Shown here piece after piece: positions 31,227-32,364 of a stretch of 32,364 bases of DNA. The notes below the pieces were generated by a model. It worked only from the letters and a program-made list of their open reading frames with translations. It ran no database searches and was not told where the DNA came from. The stretch spans positions 1 through 32,364 of the forward strand of contig CAYHZD010000003.1 in assembly GCA_964361035.1 (NCBI GenBank), read 5' to 3'. The stretch's first letter is position 1; each line of letters opens with the position of its first letter. A program made the position numbers and the translations under genes. Source of the DNA: an uncultured Candidatus Saccharibacteria bacterium. Its GTDB lineage: Bacteria; Patescibacteriota; Minisyncoccia; Ryanbacterales; CAYHZD01.

Positions 31227-32364
31227 ATGTATAATACAAACAAGCTTTTTGCTATCTTTATTGTTGGTGTTTTTTTAGTATTGCCATTTTTTGTTTTTGC
31301 CGCGCGCGGTATCCCCGAAATTTTGCACTATCAGGGGCGATTATTAAATGCATCAGGAAGTCTCTTGGGAGGATCCGGCACCAGTCATTGTTTTCGTTTT
31401 TCCATTTATAACGCTTCCACTGACGGCACAAAATTATGGCCGTCTGGCACACCCTCCACCATGACCGTAAATGTGAAGGAAGGTGTATTCAATGTGGGCG
31501 TCGGCGATACGAGTGCAGGTGGCGATACGCTTGATTTTAATTTTCAAGATAATGACACGATTTATCTGCAAGTCGATGTTGCGGCGCAAAGCGGGGGATC
31601 ATGCTCCGGTGTTTCATTTGATGCGCTCACACCGCGTCTGCAAATGGTAGCATCAGGTTTTGCAATTAACACAGGCACGGTAGCAGGAACCGGACAGTCG
31701 GGGATTGGCACCACCACATTTACGAGTCCCGCGGTGCTTACGGTAGAGGCAACATCAACAACGGCCGTGTCCGCGATCATTCGTGGATTTAAAGATTCAA
31801 CGGCAGATTTACTGCGCATTATTACGGCAGCAAAAAATCGACTTCTTACTTTTACGAGCGGCGGATTTCTTGGCATCGGCACCTCTACTCCCGCAGAAAC
31901 ATTCTCGGTAAATGGTGGCGCTTTTTTTGACTCCGACATTATTCGCTTTGGCACGTCTTCGGCTCCCACATTAAATTTCAAATATTTTACTTCTTCAACT
32001 TCTACGATTCCTGATCTTAGAAAAAATGTTTTCTCATTTGCGACTTCCACCACTGCAATACCATTTTTTTCTCTTGACTCATTAAATTATCGGATTGGCA
32101 TCGGCACCACCACCCCGGGCAAAACACTTTCCGTGCATGGCACACTTGCTGTAGAAGGGAATGCGACTTCTACTTTTGGCAGTGGTCTTACCATTGCGCG
32201 CGGGGGGTTAAATTTTGCGCTTCCTTCTTGTTCCGGCTCCAACGCGCTCACCACGGATGCCGGAGGAGGAGTCATTTGTAGCGCCATCACCGGATCAGGA
32301 GGCAATCCTCCCAACCTCATCTATCGCACCCTTTCCACCACCAAATACTACACGGCCTCCACCT
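31227..32364 (+). CDS. Partial (3'-truncated by the window end) secreted tail-fibre-like / surface repeat protein
   Basis: Not in the supplied track because it has no stop. I translated frame 31227 through 32363 and found no in-frame stop. Signal peptide MYNTNKLFAIFIVGVFLVLPFFVFA. N-domain IPEILHYQGRLLNASGSLLGGSGTSHCFRFSIYNASTDGTKLWPSG. There are three copies of the (I/L)GIGT(T/S)T(P) motif at 31701-31718, 31869-31892 and 32091-32117, each followed by x-x-(L/F)-(S/T)-V-x-G. It is Ser/Thr/Gly-rich. Confidence 0.7.
   Translation, partial: MYNTNKLFAIFIVGVFLVLPFFVFAARGIPEILHYQGRLLNASGSLLGGSGTSHCFRFSIYNASTDGTKLWPSGTPSTMTVNVKEGVFNVGVGDTSAGGDTLDFNFQDNDTIYLQVDVAAQSGGSCSGVSFDALTPRLQMVASGFAINTGTVAGTGQSGIGTTTFTSPAVLTVEATSTTAVSAIIRGFKDSTADLLRIITAAKNRLLTFTSGGFLGIGTSTPAETFSVNGGAFFDSDIIRFGTSSAPTLNFKYFTSSTSTIPDLRKNVFSFATSTTAIPFFSLDSLNYRIGIGTTTPGKTLSVHGTLAVEGNATSTFGSGLTIARGGLNFALPSCSGSNALTTDAGGGVICSAITGSGGNPPNLIYRTLSTTKYYTAST

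Noticed and set aside
31562-32320. Two long minus-strand ORFs in the supplied track (31562..32053 at 163 aa, and 32087..32320 at 77 aa)
   Set aside because: They are antisense to a better plus-strand reading frame (31227 to the window end). That frame has a signal peptide and repeated GIGTTTP motifs. The minus-strand products are low-complexity Pro/Val/Ala-rich with no recognisable motifs or start context, so they are shadow ORFs.
1-32364. CRISPR arrays, tRNA/rRNA genes, transposases, integrases, prophage modules, toxin-antitoxin or known defence systems
   Set aside because: No direct-repeat/spacer periodicity, no rRNA/tRNA-like conserved blocks and no recombinase, transposase, nuclease or ATPase motifs were seen in any long ORF. 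The non-coding space totals only a few hundred nucleotides. A by-eye scan cannot exclude very small elements.
1-32364. Alternative genetic code (UGA recoding, as in some CPR lineages)
   Set aside because: Long, motif-complete ORFs terminate at TGA at positions consistent with homolog lengths and with ATGA start/stop coupling (for example 3632-3634, 8544-8546, 10853-10855). The standard code 11 explains the window.

Overview
This 32 kb window is almost fully coding. It holds about 29 genes in roughly 12 alternating transcription units, with many start/stop overlaps of 4-56 nt. It reads as one large cell-envelope glycan/glycoconjugate biosynthesis and decoration supercluster from a compact bacterial genome. 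The standard genetic code applies, since TAA, TAG and TGA all terminate long ORFs. The gene style is compatible with an uncultivated small-genome lineage such as Patescibacteria/CPR, but the window cannot prove that.

Content:
- an AsnB-type amidotransferase
- five SAM-methyltransferase domains
- three paralogous 5-TM + alkaline-phosphatase-superfamily (EptA/LtaS/BcsG-like) modules, one fused behind a GT2
- a Wzx-type flippase
- a secreted CotH-kinase-like/beta-helix protein
- four GT-C (ArnT/PMT-like) membrane glycosyltransferases, two of them directly preceded by polyprenyl-phosphate-type GT2 enzymes
- an amino-sugar module (SDR + DegT aminotransferase + NeuD/PglD-type acetyltransferase)
- a DUF218 protein and an orphan 113-aa ORF followed by the only clear intrinsic terminator
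- a Nudix-GNAT fusion
- Fcl and RfbB
- a FemAB-like acyltransferase and a CE4 deacetylase
- a DUF4956 membrane protein
- a signal-peptide-bearing tail-fibre-like repeat protein that runs off the 3' end and is absent from the supplied ORF track

I saw no rRNA, tRNA, CRISPR array, transposase or integrase.

The most unusual aspects:
- the triplicated membrane phosphotransferase-like module and its GT2 fusion
- the density of GT-C enzymes with lipid-phosphate-sugar synthases, in an Arn-pathway-like logic
- CotH and DUF4956 embedded in a glycan locus without a VTC partner
- several uncommon domain fusions (unknown domain-MT, MT-GT2, Nudix-GNAT)

All functional calls come from motif recognition by eye and need HMM or structure confirmation.
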